DNA from: Desulfatiglandales bacterium
GTDB lineage: Bacteria > Desulfobacterota > DSM-4660 > Desulfatiglandales > Desulfatiglandaceae
Length of the DNA: 64,000 nucleotides
Direction of reading: 5' to 3'
Assembly (NCBI GenBank): GCA_963666345.1
Contig: OY762721.1
Span: 1,664,001-1,728,000 of the forward strand
Shown here: piece by piece, positions 19,642-29,919 of the stretch
Position numbering within the stretch: position 1 is the stretch's first letter
Layout of the letters: every line of letters begins with the position of its first letter
Position numbers and translations under genes: made by a program
Notes under the pieces: generated by a model
What the model was told of the DNA's origin: nothing
Databases searched by the model: none
The model's input: only the letters and a program-made list of their open reading frames with translations

Positions 19642-20382
19642 ATGCTTTCCATTTCAAATCTTTCAAAACGCTTCGAAGACCTTGTAGTGCTTGACGATTT
19701 CAGCCTCCAAGTTCCCAGAAACGGATTCACCGTCCTTATCGGCCCTTCAGGCTGCGGTAAAAGCACCCTTTTTGACGTTCTTACAGGGGTTGAAGAAAAG
19801 GACAAGGGAGACATCTCATGGCTGGGGAAACAGATGCCTGACCTGAGCAGAAAGGCTGCCTATATGCAGCAGAATGATCTGCTCCTTCCCTGGCTCTCTC
19901 TCGTTGAAAATTCCCTCCTGCCCGCGAAGATAGCCGGAACAGACAGGCGGGAGGCGAAAAAACAGGCGGATGCCCTGTTTGAAAGACTCGGACTTCAAGG
20001 ATTTGAAGACTATCTCCCGGCAAAGGTATCAGGCGGAATGCGTCAGCGCTGCGCGCTCGTCAGGACCATAATGTTTGAACAGGAGCTGGTCCTGCTGGAT
20101 GAACCCCTTTCAGCCCTTGACGCCATCACCAGGAGAAGCCTGCAATCCCTTCTACTGCTGCTTCAGAGCGAATTCAAAAAGAGTCTCCTCATGATCACCC
20201 ACGATGTGGAAGAAGCACTGCTGGTTGCAGATGAGCTGATCGTTCTGACCTCTTCGCCCATGGGCATCCATGAAAAGATCAGGATACCGGACCGGAAGCC
20301 CAGATCGGCAAGCGACCCTAAGCTCATAAAATTGAAAGAGGAAATTCTTGAAAGGCTGCAGGAGGATCCCGAAATTGATTAG
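19642..20382 (+). CDS. thiZ: ABC transporter ATP-binding protein, ThiZ-like (thiamine precursor uptake)
   Basis: GPSGCGKST, VSGGMRQR, LLDEP and ITHD motifs; AGGAGG SD before ATG 19642. Confidence 0.85.
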   Translation: MLSISNLSKRFEDLVVLDDFSLQVPRNGFTVLIGPSGCGKSTLFDVLTGVEEKDKGDISWLGKQMPDLSRKAAYMQQNDLLLPWLSLVENSLLPAKIAGTDRREAKKQADALFERLGLQGFEDYLPAKVSGGMRQRCALVRTIMFEQELVLLDEPLSALDAITRRSLQSLLLLLQSEFKKSLLMITHDVEEALLVADELIVLTSSPMGIHEKIRIPDRKPRSASDPKLIKLKEEILERLQEDPEID

Positions 20383-21112
20383 GCCCGGCTATATCTCACT
20401 ATTTGTGGTTATAATCCTGCTTGCCGCCTGGGATATCCTTTGCAGGGTCTTCCATATTCCGGACTTTATCCTGCCGGCACCTTCGGAAATCTTCAAGGTA
20501 GCGCTGTTTCAGGCACCCCTGCTCCTGCCCCACGCATTGGTAACCGGGTTGGAGATCATTCTTGGAATTGCGATATCCCTCGCAATAGCCTTACCCCTTT
20601 CCACATTGATGTTCGCCCATTCATCCATAGAGAAGGCCTTATCGCCTTTCCTGGTTGCATCCCAGGCGGTCCCTGTATTTGCCCTTGCCCCTCTTCTGGT
20701 GGTCTGGCTGGGTTACGGAATCGCAAGCAAGGTCATAATGGCGGCTGTAATCATCTTTTTCCCGATCACTGTAAACCTGCTGGAGGGATTCAAAGACTGC
20801 GGGTCGGAATACAGGTTTCTCTTTAAATTGATGGGGGCAAATTTCTGGAAAAGGCTCAGGCTGCTTCACTGGCCCTGGGCCCTTCCCTATTTCTTTGCAG
20901 GGCTCAGGGTGGGCGTCTCGGTGGCCACTATCGGCGCCGTGATCGGTGAATGGGTAGGTGCCCAGAAAGGCCTTGGCTATCTTATGATTCAGGCAAACGC
21001 CAGGCTCAAGGTGGATCTCGTCTTCGCAGCGATTCTATGGCTGTCTCTGATGGGTCTCGGCATGTGGCGAATGGTAGGTTTTCTTGAAAAAAGGGTAATT
21101 CATTGGAAATAA
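20375..21112 (+). CDS. thiX: ABC transporter permease, ThiX-like
   Basis: SsuC/TauC-type permease (ILPAPS, GAVIGEW..GLGY); TTG start after AGGAGG. Confidence 0.83.
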   Translation: MIRPGYISLFVVIILLAAWDILCRVFHIPDFILPAPSEIFKVALFQAPLLLPHALVTGLEIILGIAISLAIALPLSTLMFAHSSIEKALSPFLVASQAVPVFALAPLLVVWLGYGIASKVIMAAVIIFFPITVNLLEGFKDCGSEYRFLFKLMGANFWKRLRLLHWPWALPYFFAGLRVGVSVATIGAVIGEWVGAQKGLGYLMIQANARLKVDLVFAAILWLSLMGLGMWRMVGFLEKRVIHWK

Positions 21113-21127
21113 AATGGGGAAAAATTC

Positions 21128-22072
21128 ATGAAAAGATTTTCGTTGATACTTTTTACACTTATGGTAATTTCTTGGCCGGCCGCCCCGCTTCGGGCGGAAG
21201 TAAAGATAACCCTGCTGCTCGACTGGTTTCCCAATGTGGATCATCTGCCCATTTATATTGCAAAGCAGAGGGGGTTCTTTTCGGAAAAAGGCCTGAAAGT
21301 GGAGATAATAAGCCCGTCCGAAACCTCTGACGCGCTTAAGCTGAGCGCGTCCGGCAACGTTGACATTGCAGTTGCCTATGAACCTCAGACACTCGTCGGC
21401 GCCTCAAGAGGCCTGGGAATAAAGGTGATAGGGAGGCTTGTCGGTCATCCCCTCACGACTCTGCTTTTCCTGGACGGAAAGGGGATTGAAAGGCCTTCCG
21501 ATCTTGAAGGCAAAAGGATAGGATATACCGTCCCCGGCATGATGGATATTCTCACAGAGGCCTTTACCAAGATCAACGGAATCAAGGAATATACCCCGGT
21601 GAATGTCGGCTTCGCCATTGTCCAGTCCCTGACCGCAGGAAAAATCGACGCCATAATGGGAGCCTACAAGAACTATGAAACCGTCGAGCTGGAGCAAAGG
21701 GGTTATAAGGCAAAATTCTTTGCCCTTGAAAAATGGGGCATCCCCGACTATGACGAACTGGTCTTTATAAGCGGCTCAAAGGCCATAAATGGAAAGGCCC
21801 GATCCCTCAGGGCCTTCTCCGAGGCGGTCGGCAAGGCTATTTCAGAAACCAGGGCACACCCTGAAAAGGCCTTGAAGGAATATTTCAAGGCCTTGCCCGA
21901 GGCACCTAAGGAAATGGAATCCGAGGCCTTCAAAAGGACCCTGCCCCTCTACGCCGAAACCCAGGAACATGACAGCGATGCCTGGCAAAAGTTTGCCGAT
22001 TTTGCCTTCACATACGGGCTCATAGAAAAAGAGGTGGATGTGGAAGGCATCCTGCATGACTGGGGCAAGTGA
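21128..22072 (+). CDS. thiY: ABC substrate-binding protein, ThiY/NMT1-THI5 family
   Basis: Signal peptide and LDWFPNVDH motif of NMT1/ThiY; TPP riboswitch operon. Confidence 0.87.
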   Translation: MKRFSLILFTLMVISWPAAPLRAEVKITLLLDWFPNVDHLPIYIAKQRGFFSEKGLKVEIISPSETSDALKLSASGNVDIAVAYEPQTLVGASRGLGIKVIGRLVGHPLTTLLFLDGKGIERPSDLEGKRIGYTVPGMMDILTEAFTKINGIKEYTPVNVGFAIVQSLTAGKIDAIMGAYKNYETVELEQRGYKAKFFALEKWGIPDYDELVFISGSKAINGKARSLRAFSEAVGKAISETRAHPEKALKEYFKALPEAPKEMESEAFKRTLPLYAETQEHDSDAWQKFADFAFTYGLIEKEVDVEGILHDWGK

Positions 22073-22203
22073 CATGTTTTTCCCTGACAAGACGGCAGAA
22101 GATATGATATCAACTATAACAACTTTATAAAAAGGCCGACTGTCACGCCCCGGGCGGGGATTATGTCTTATATTTTGTTCCGCCGAACGGCGGGGCAAAA
22201 CCC

Positions 22204-22352
22204 GGGAACCCGCTCTGAGCTTGTCGAAGGGTGGGACCGAGTGCAGTTAAGAAGATCAGGGGATTACGAGTAGGCGTAGTGGACTACGCCGCACAAGTGA
22301 CCCCGCAGATTGACGCAGAGATTGTGAAAAAAACCATTTATGGATGGAAACC
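22204..22352 (+). repeat. Dispersed MITE-like element (family 2), copy 1
   Basis: Aligns with the reverse complement of 35822-35972; ends CCATTTATGGATGGAAAC. Confidence 0.75.
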
Positions 22353-22367
22353 AACCAAGGGCATCAA

Positions 22368-25300
22368 ATGGTAAGGAAGACAATCGCCTATCTCCTGGTC
22401 GGGCTGTTAACCTTTTGTCTGATGTATTTTGTCTCCACCAGGACAAAGCTTCTCTCCGGCCTGGAACGCAAACTTCTGGACGGACTCTTCTATCTCAGGG
22501 AACCAGCCTTCGATGAAATAAACCCTTTTGTATCCGAAAGAGTACAACTCCTCGGCTTTGACGAGGATTCCATCGCCCTGATCGGCAAGTGGCCCTGGAA
22601 GCGCTATGTTCACGCAAGATTTCTCAGAAAGCTGCAGAGATTCTCTCCTGAGACGGTCCTCTTTGATGTCATCTTTGCCAAACCGGAGTCTTTGCCCCAA
22701 TTTATATCGGACAAACTCGACCTGGACCCGGAATCCAGAGATAGGCTTCAAAAGGCCTTTGAAGAGATGGACAATGAGTTTGCCGAGGCCCTTTCAGAAT
22801 ATGACAATGTCTACCTTGATCTGCAGCTCATTGAAAACCCGCGCGAAACCCTTCCGGAGGATTTCCAGAAACGTATCCAAGTTAATGAAGAAATCCTTTT
22901 AAAAGGGGCACTGCCTGCCGACTCCGTTTTAAGCCCTGTTGCATTCCGCTCCCTTGAGCCCGTATTAGAGAGTTACATAAAAAATTCCAACCCTGCCGTG
23001 ATAAACGTACTGCGTGATACGGACGGAGTTATACGTTTTTTCCCATGTTATTTTACCTACCACGCAAGGGATGGAAGATCCGGGAACCTCCTCAGCGTGG
23101 TCATGTCACTTGCCAGGGAATTCTACCACGTCGACAAAAAGGACATACATCTGGGGCCTCAAGGTATTTTATTCAAATCAGCCAAAGTTCCTATGCTCAA
23201 TAAATACACCCATCAACCGAAAACCTACCTGAAGGACTTTCACAAAATCTCACGCATGATAAAAAACCCGGGTTTTCCGGAAAGTTACAGATACAACCGG
23301 AACCTTTACAACCTCATGGTCAATCAGGGCCTTAAGGGCCTGTCAGGAAGCCAGAGAACCCCTGACTTCCCCCTTCACATACTTGAAAATAGAGACGGGA
23401 CACTGGAAATATTGGATAACTGGGAGGTTTTCGATGCCGCGAAAAGGATAAATTCCGGGAAGATAGCGGCAATAGTATACAAAAAACAGGATCTGGAGAT
23501 AAAAACCCCCCTGGGAAGTTTTTTCTACATAAACTATGCTGGAAAGGAATCAAAATATTTCCGTGATCCGAATATCGGTAAAATGAGATTTCACAGGCCC
23601 ATACCCACCGGAAGTTACAAGGACGTATACCTGCTCGACGATATTCCGGACATCCCGGAACTCGATGAAAAAGGCGATATAAAGGCCTCCTATGACATCA
23701 GCCTTCTTGAAGAGTGGTTTTATGACCTCTGTGAAAAAAAGGCGGAGGAGATTTATCTTCAGGCTCAAAAGGACCTAGGTCGGGGAATCGAAGATGACAT
23801 ACGCCTTCAGGAATATATGAGGAAGTATCCTCACAAGGGAAGATATTTTTTTTACTATTATTTCCTGCTCAATAATAAAACAGGTCCTGGAATGCTGAGG
23901 GATCTGTTTGGAATATATCCACAATTCGGGCGGCAGATAGGACAGTCGCCAGATAATTTTCTCAGTGAAAATCAGGTCCTGAACTCCTTAATGGACCAGT
24001 ATGCAGAACAGTTTGACAAGTATCACAACAAGTTTATCTTTGCCGGCACAATTGCCACAGGCATAGGCGATGTGCAACAGACCCCTTACGCCAACATGTT
24101 CGGTATAAACGTAATCATAAATGCCTTTAATACGATCATAACCGGTAACAGCCTCAAAATGAGCTGGGACATAAAATATCTGGATTTTATGCTGCTGCTG
24201 GCGGTTTCCATCCTCTGTTCTCTTATTTATGGTTCTACAAATATAAGGTTAAGCAGTTTCATCTTCATCCTTCTGTTTTTCGGGATCTTTATCAGCAGTT
24301 TTATCGTCTTTAACACCTACAGCCTCTACCTCAAGACCACACCCCTGGTGATATCCAATGTTGTCATTTTCGTCAGCATGGTGATGTTCAAACTTCTCAC
24401 AGAGGAAAAGGACAAAAAATTCCTCAAGGCCACCTTCAAGAACTACCTCTCCCCGGAACTTATCGAAGACATGCATAGTTCGAAGACCATGCCGAAACTG
24501 GGGGGGGAGGCAAAAACCATAACGGCATTTTTCACCGATATCCAAGGCTTTTCCACCTTTTCGGAAAAACTTACGGCTGAACAGCTGGTCGAGCTCCTCA
24601 ATGAATATCTATCCGCCATGACCGACATATTGATAGACGAGAAAGGCACCCTGGATAAATATGAAGGAGACGCTATTGTGGCCTTTTTCGGTGCCCCCAT
24701 GGATCTTCCGGACCATGCCCTCAGGGCGTGCAGGGTGGCCTTGGGCATGCAGCAAAAGCTCCTTGAATTAAGGGAAAAGTGGGGGGCTGAGAAGCAGGAA
24801 GAGGATCAGGATGAACGGAATGCCTCACACCTGCCTCCTGAACAGTGGCGGCCCGGAGACAAATGGCCCGTCTGCGTCCATGAAATGAGGATGAGGATTG
24901 GAATAAACACCGGCGGGATTGTGGTGGGAAACATGGGAAGCGCCATGAGAATGAATTATACCATGATGGGCGATTCCGTTAACCTTGCTGCACGTCTGGA
25001 GGCCGCAGGCAAACAGTACGGAGTCTATATACTGGTAAGCCAGTACACGCTGGAGCAGGAATTCAGGGATGTTGAAGGCAAAAAAAGGCGCATAATGGAT
25101 GCGGTTGAAACACGGCTGATAGACAACATAACAGTGGTGGGAAGATCAATGCCGGTGAAAGTCTATGAAATCTGCGCCATGAAAGGCGAACTCTCCGATA
25201 AGGAAAGGGAGCTTTTCCGCCTGTTTGATGAAGGCTTGAGCTATTACCTGGCCATGGAGTGGGAAAAGGCCATGGGAAAATTTAAGGAGGCAAATGGGGT

Positions 25301-25430
25301 GGAACGTTTTCCAGACGCCGGAATAAATCCCTCAAGGGTCTATATTGAAAGATGCGAACTGTTTCAGGATACCCCCCCCGTACCACCTGGTGAGATATGG
25401 GACGGGGTGTTCCGCCTGACGATGAAATAG
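22368..25430 (+). CDS. CHASE2-domain membrane class III adenylate cyclase
   Basis: N-terminal TM; CHASE2 motifs (GKWPWKR, FDVIF, DTDGVIR, INYAG, TPY); 3 TMs; cyclase motifs FTDIQGFS, DKYEGDA (Lys = ATP specificity), GDSVNLAARLE. ATG 22344 lies within the repeat end, so 22368 is preferred. Confidence 0.9.
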   Translation: MVRKTIAYLLVGLLTFCLMYFVSTRTKLLSGLERKLLDGLFYLREPAFDEINPFVSERVQLLGFDEDSIALIGKWPWKRYVHARFLRKLQRFSPETVLFDVIFAKPESLPQFISDKLDLDPESRDRLQKAFEEMDNEFAEALSEYDNVYLDLQLIENPRETLPEDFQKRIQVNEEILLKGALPADSVLSPVAFRSLEPVLESYIKNSNPAVINVLRDTDGVIRFFPCYFTYHARDGRSGNLLSVVMSLAREFYHVDKKDIHLGPQGILFKSAKVPMLNKYTHQPKTYLKDFHKISRMIKNPGFPESYRYNRNLYNLMVNQGLKGLSGSQRTPDFPLHILENRDGTLEILDNWEVFDAAKRINSGKIAAIVYKKQDLEIKTPLGSFFYINYAGKESKYFRDPNIGKMRFHRPIPTGSYKDVYLLDDIPDIPELDEKGDIKASYDISLLEEWFYDLCEKKAEEIYLQAQKDLGRGIEDDIRLQEYMRKYPHKGRYFFYYYFLLNNKTGPGMLRDLFGIYPQFGRQIGQSPDNFLSENQVLNSLMDQYAEQFDKYHNKFIFAGTIATGIGDVQQTPYANMFGINVIINAFNTIITGNSLKMSWDIKYLDFMLLLAVSILCSLIYGSTNIRLSSFIFILLFFGIFISSFIVFNTYSLYLKTTPLVISNVVIFVSMVMFKLLTEEKDKKFLKATFKNYLSPELIEDMHSSKTMPKLGGEAKTITAFFTDIQGFSTFSEKLTAEQLVELLNEYLSAMTDILIDEKGTLDKYEGDAIVAFFGAPMDLPDHALRACRVALGMQQKLLELREKWGAEKQEEDQDERNASHLPPEQWRPGDKWPVCVHEMRMRIGINTGGIVVGNMGSAMRMNYTMMGDSVNLAARLEAAGKQYGVYILVSQYTLEQEFRDVEGKKRRIMDAVETRLIDNITVVGRSMPVKVYEICAMKGELSDKERELFRLFDEGLSYYLAMEWEKAMGKFKEANGVERFPDAGINPSRVYIERCELFQDTPPVPPGEIWDGVFRLTMK

Positions 25431-25522
25431 GATATTAATAATCTCGACATGAAGCGCCCTAAGGCCTAAACCGCCAAGCCGTGAAGGGTATTCACCCCGC
25501 CGACCGGTTCTCACAGGAAAGG

Positions 25523-26338
25523 TCACACCTTATAGACAAACAGGTAGTAGAGGAGTTTTTGATATTCATAAAAAACTTCCTTGGCATAAGCCCTGTTTTT
25601 CCACCAGGTCTTGGGGTCAAAACCGGAATATTCAGAGGCCACCATCATTATATCAATACCCGATTTTTCAAATATTTTTTTATAGGTAATCCAGGCACGC
25701 CTGGTATGGGTAGGGGAGGTTACGACAATAAGGCTCCTGTAACCCATCTCAAGGGCGAATGTCCTCACCCTTTTGGCCTCTTCAAAGGTACTGCCGACAG
25801 GACTCCCGGAGCTCATAACGGCCTTTTCAGAAACTCCGAGATCTATCAGCAGATCGGTCAGGACTTCTCCGGTCCCGGGAAAATCCATACCTCTTTCCCT
25901 CAGTTCGTCCGCGCCATCTGCAGGTGTTTCCTTGGCGATAAATATCCTTGAGCAGAATCCGCTATCGTATATATCGACCGCGGCAAGGCCTCGCTCAACC
26001 GGTTTTCCCATCAGGCAGGCCATGAGATCCGCCTGCTTGACCGGGTGAGAGACCACAAGATAGGCACCTATCCGCTCGAGTATCGGCGCGTGGTAATATG
26101 AAAGTGCTACATATATGAATACCAGGGCCAGTATCGCCCACTTAAGGAGTCCGACCTTACTCAAACCGCTTCCTTCAGGTTCAATCGGCCTGTTTGACAC
26201 CTCCCGCCCTGTTTCCACCGTGACCCTGTCGTTTTGAGGAATCCTCCGGCCGGGCACATTGAACGGACCTGAAACCGGCCCCCGGCCATCCTCCTTATCC
26301 CGTGTCCTGCCAGAATCAAACCATGAAAATTTCATCAC
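25523..26338 (-). CDS. YdcF/ElyC (DUF218) family membrane-anchored protein
   Basis: TM helix, STFEEA, VVTSPTHTRRA, WW and EYQKL motifs. Start uncertain. Confidence 0.82.
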   Translation of the reverse strand: MMKFSWFDSGRTRDKEDGRGPVSGPFNVPGRRIPQNDRVTVETGREVSNRPIEPEGSGLSKVGLLKWAILALVFIYVALSYYHAPILERIGAYLVVSHPVKQADLMACLMGKPVERGLAAVDIYDSGFCSRIFIAKETPADGADELRERGMDFPGTGEVLTDLLIDLGVSEKAVMSSGSPVGSTFEEAKRVRTFALEMGYRSLIVVTSPTHTRRAWITYKKIFEKSGIDIMMVASEYSGFDPKTWWKNRAYAKEVFYEYQKLLYYLFVYKV

Positions 26339-26423
26339 AGCCCTCTTTGCCCATGGTTACACGCCACCTTAACCGGATACCGCCCGATGTAAGGCTATTA
26401 TTGCGGATGCTTTTGGAAAGGTC

Positions 26424-26873
26424 TTAAAATCTTTTCTCACTGTCAAGCATAAGAGTTACCGGGCCTTCGTTGACAAGGTAGACATTCATGTTCTCCTGAA
26501 AGACGCCTGTGGCTACCCTGATGCCCTTTTGCCTCAGCTTTCCTATAAAAAGCTCATAGAGAAGTTTCGCCCGTTCAGGCTGAGCCGCCCTCGTAAATGA
26601 AGGTCTCCTTCCCTTTCTGCAGTCTCCCCACAGGGTGAACTGGGAAACGACCATTGCCTCTCCCGATATGTCGACCAGGGACATATTCATGAGATCCGCC
26701 GAGTCAGGGAAGATCCTGAGGTGAATTATCTTGTTGGCAAGAAATTCACAGTCCATTTCTTTATCATCCTCTCCAACTCCGAGCAATATGAGCAACCCTT
26801 TGTCTATCGCGCCCACCATACTGCCCTTGACTTCCACTCTACACTCTTTTACCCTCTGAATCAAAGCTCTCAT
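26424..26873 (-). CDS. dtd: D-aminoacyl-tRNA deacylase
   Basis: MRALIQRV, SQFTL, KGRRPSF and NEGPVT motifs. Confidence 0.96.
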   Translation of the reverse strand: MRALIQRVKECRVEVKGSMVGAIDKGLLILLGVGEDDKEMDCEFLANKIIHLRIFPDSADLMNMSLVDISGEAMVVSQFTLWGDCRKGRRPSFTRAAQPERAKLLYELFIGKLRQKGIRVATGVFQENMNVYLVNEGPVTLMLDSEKRF

Positions 26874-26951
26874 GAAACGATTCCTTATTTTTCCGTTATC
26901 CCTGTTAAGACCCCGGTTATCAAGCCCTTTCGCGGCGGACGCTATTCAGTC

Positions 26952-28304
26952 ATGAAACATGATATTATTCTTATAAATCCCTGGATTTACGATTTTGCGG
27001 CCTATGATCTATGGTCAAAACCCCTGGGGCTTCTTTACATAGCCGGTAGACTGAGAAAAAGCGGTTTCGGCGTTCACTTCATTGACTGCATGGAGATTGA
27101 ACACCCCGGCATGAAAAATAAAGAAAGCGGAAAAAGCCCGGTCAGACGCAGGTACGGAACCGGCAAATTCTGGCGGCAAAAGATTGCCACCCCGGAGCCA
27201 TTGAGGCATCTTAGCAGACCCTACAGCCGCTACGGCCTGTCTCCCTCCATCGTCGCCGAGGAGCTCAGGAAGGTCGAAAGACCTTCCGCCATTCTGGTTA
27301 CCTCTCTTATGACCTACTGGTATCCCGGAGCAGCTGATGTCATAAGTCTTGTCAGAGATATCCACCCGAAGGTTCCTGTAATCCTGGGTGGGATCTATGC
27401 CAGACTTTGCCGGGAACATGCGGAAAAATTTTCAGGCGCGGATCATGTTGTCGCAAAAAAAGATTTTTCCGCACTGCTCAAGGTGTTTGAACACCACGGG
27501 ATCAAGGCTCGAACCAAGCCTTCGCCTCATGACACTTTGACCTACCCCGCCTTTGAAATGCTTCGAACCAGGGCCTACGGATGCATTCTCACCTCCAGCG
27601 GTTGTCCCTATAAATGCGCCTACTGCGCCAGTCACTTTCTCGATCCGGAATTCAAAAGAAGAGATCTGGGTGAAGTGCTCAAAGAAATATTGTACTGGCG
27701 CGATCTGTTAGGCGTAAGAGACTTCGCCTTCTATGACGACGCCCTCCTTGTCGATTCAGCAAGGTATCTGGAGGTACTCCTGAAACAGATCAAAGGACTC
27801 CGACTTGACCTTAGATTCCATACCCCTAACGCCCTCCACGCAAGAGAGATTACAGATGGGATAGCAAGGCTCATGTATGAGACCGGATTTCGAACAATAA
27901 GGCTCGGACTTGAAACGGCGGATTTTTCATTCCGCAAAGGCCTGGACAGCAAGATTTCAGAGGGAGAATTCGAAACCGCCGTATCCTGTCTGCTGAGGGC
28001 AGGTTTTAGAAACAACCAGATCGGCGCCTACATCCTGACAGGACTCCCGCATCAATCGGCAGATTCCGTGCTAAATACCATTGAGCTCGTCAAAAGGGCG
28101 GGTGCTGTCCCGTATCTTTCAGAATATTCTCCCATACCGCACACGGCGCTGTGGAACGATGCCGTCGAGTGTTCCAGTTACGATCTGGAATCAGAGCCCC
28201 TTTTTCAGAACAGCACCCTGCTTCCCTGCTGGGATGAAGCAAAGAAAAAAGGACTGCCGTTTATCAAAAAATCGGTTTTAGAGGTTCGGCAAAGATACAG
28301 ATGA
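26952..28304 (+). CDS. B12-binding-domain radical SAM protein
   Basis: NPWIYDFAAYDLWSKPLGL N-domain, LGGIYA, CxxxCxxC (CPYKCAYC) and FYDDAL motifs. Confidence 0.88.
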   Translation: MKHDIILINPWIYDFAAYDLWSKPLGLLYIAGRLRKSGFGVHFIDCMEIEHPGMKNKESGKSPVRRRYGTGKFWRQKIATPEPLRHLSRPYSRYGLSPSIVAEELRKVERPSAILVTSLMTYWYPGAADVISLVRDIHPKVPVILGGIYARLCREHAEKFSGADHVVAKKDFSALLKVFEHHGIKARTKPSPHDTLTYPAFEMLRTRAYGCILTSSGCPYKCAYCASHFLDPEFKRRDLGEVLKEILYWRDLLGVRDFAFYDDALLVDSARYLEVLLKQIKGLRLDLRFHTPNALHAREITDGIARLMYETGFRTIRLGLETADFSFRKGLDSKISEGEFETAVSCLLRAGFRNNQIGAYILTGLPHQSADSVLNTIELVKRAGAVPYLSEYSPIPHTALWNDAVECSSYDLESEPLFQNSTLLPCWDEAKKKGLPFIKKSVLEVRQRYR

Positions 28305-28308
28305 CCCC

Positions 28309-29058
28309 TTACAGCCGGTTGATAAGGCTTGCCGCATAGCCCGCGCCGAATCCATTGTCGATATTAACGACAGTAACGCCCGAGGCACACGAATTGAGCA
28401 TCCCCAGTAAGGCCGCCAAACCGTTAAGACTGGCCCCGTAACCCACGCTTGTTGGAACGGCTATTACAGGCCTTTCAACAAGGCCTCCCACCACGCTCGG
28501 CAGTGCCCCTTCCATTCCGGCCACCACAATAATCACAGAGGCATTCATGATCTTTTTTCTATAGGAAAGCAGCCGGTGCAGCCCTGAAACCCCCACATCA
28601 TAAATGCTTTCAGTTTCATTTCCCAAGAACTCAGCCGTTAATCTCGCCTCTTCAGCCACAGGCATATCGGACGTGCCGGCACTGACAACGAGGATCACTC
28701 CCTTGCCCTTTTTTCTTTTCTCTACCGACTCATAGGTGAAGACCTTTGCCCTTTCATGGTAGATCCCTTTAGGGAAGGCGGAAAGCAATTCAGCCGCCTT
28801 ATCCCTGGAAAGCCTTGTTACCAGAATATTTTCCATGTGACTTATCATTCGTTCCATTATGGCGGCTATATCGGCAACAAGCTTGTTCTCTCCAAAGATT
28901 ACCTCTGAGGCGCCATTTCTGAGCGATCGGTGGTGATCAATGCAGGCGAAATCCAGATTTTCAAAAGGAAGCCCCTTGAGTCTTTCAAGACAGTCCTCCA
29001 CACCCAGCCGGCCGTTTCTCAGTTCCTCAAGTAGTGTCCTAAGAATATCCTGATCCAT
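28309..29058 (-). CDS. larB: Nickel pincer cofactor biosynthesis protein LarB (PurE-like)
   Basis: AGTSD, DVGVSGLHRL, AGMEGALPS, VPTSVGYG and VVNIDNGFGA motifs. Confidence 0.92.
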   Translation of the reverse strand: MDQDILRTLLEELRNGRLGVEDCLERLKGLPFENLDFACIDHHRSLRNGASEVIFGENKLVADIAAIMERMISHMENILVTRLSRDKAAELLSAFPKGIYHERAKVFTYESVEKRKKGKGVILVVSAGTSDMPVAEEARLTAEFLGNETESIYDVGVSGLHRLLSYRKKIMNASVIIVVAGMEGALPSVVGGLVERPVIAVPTSVGYGASLNGLAALLGMLNSCASGVTVVNIDNGFGAGYAASLINRL

Positions 29059-29113
29059 TAATGTCTTTACCTCGCAAATTTCATCTCATTTCAGCCCTGC
29101 AAAACCGATTTTC

Positions 29114-29470
29114 CTACAGCAGGCCATTGTCCTTTAATGTCGTCATCGACCTTTGACCTATATTGGTTACCATACTCAAGACCCTTGTCAACTCGGTAAC
29201 GGATTCCGGGCCCACCCCTGAATTTATCATGGCCCGGCACTGATCAAGTGCCCTGTCGATTTCATCCCACGGTTCATCAGGCGCCAGGTTTTTTGCCAGA
29301 TGTATTTCCTGGGAGATCATCCCCACAACTCCCCTTATCACCTTTTCAGCTCCCTGCCTTTCCTGAAACGGTAAATCCACCAAACCGCCCAGCAGATGAG
29401 AGATCCAGACAATGCCCGATTTAATCTTCTCGCTCTGTGAAAAGGCCATGATAGCCTGTTTAACGCTCAT
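29114..29470 (-). CDS. Hypothetical alpha-helical protein
   Basis: 118-aa ORF with purine-rich SD-like upstream sequence, co-oriented with larB. Confidence 0.7.
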   Translation of the reverse strand: MSVKQAIMAFSQSEKIKSGIVWISHLLGGLVDLPFQERQGAEKVIRGVVGMISQEIHLAKNLAPDEPWDEIDRALDQCRAMINSGVGPESVTELTRVLSMVTNIGQRSMTTLKDNGLL

Positions 29471-29919
29471 GAAAATCCCCCTTCCTGTATTGGACTTCAG
29501 CTGTCCATGTCTCCATAACCATGCTCAACACCTTAACCCTTCACCCTTTGGATCTCAAGCATTTTTGGCGAAATCCATCCTTCCGAATCCACCATCTGAT
29601 TTGGATACAGTGATGCAAATCAATGGATCTGGAAAGGATCCCCTGGACACCGAGGTGTCAGATGCAGGGCTTAAGAGATCACAGGCAATCCCGCTTAAGC
29701 GGGACAGATGATTCATTGATAGCGGGTCGGGGTCATCCTTTTCCCTTGACCCTTTAGTCATTTACATATATCTATTTACTGCGGAAAGTCGAAGAGCCCT
29801 TACCCATGAGATCTCTTTTCACAGAAAAATAATAACAAAATTCAAGGGTATCAAAAAACCGTTAAGTTAGTCTGCCTGATCAGACTGCCACAAAAATCGC
29901 GATAAAAAAGGATGGGAAC

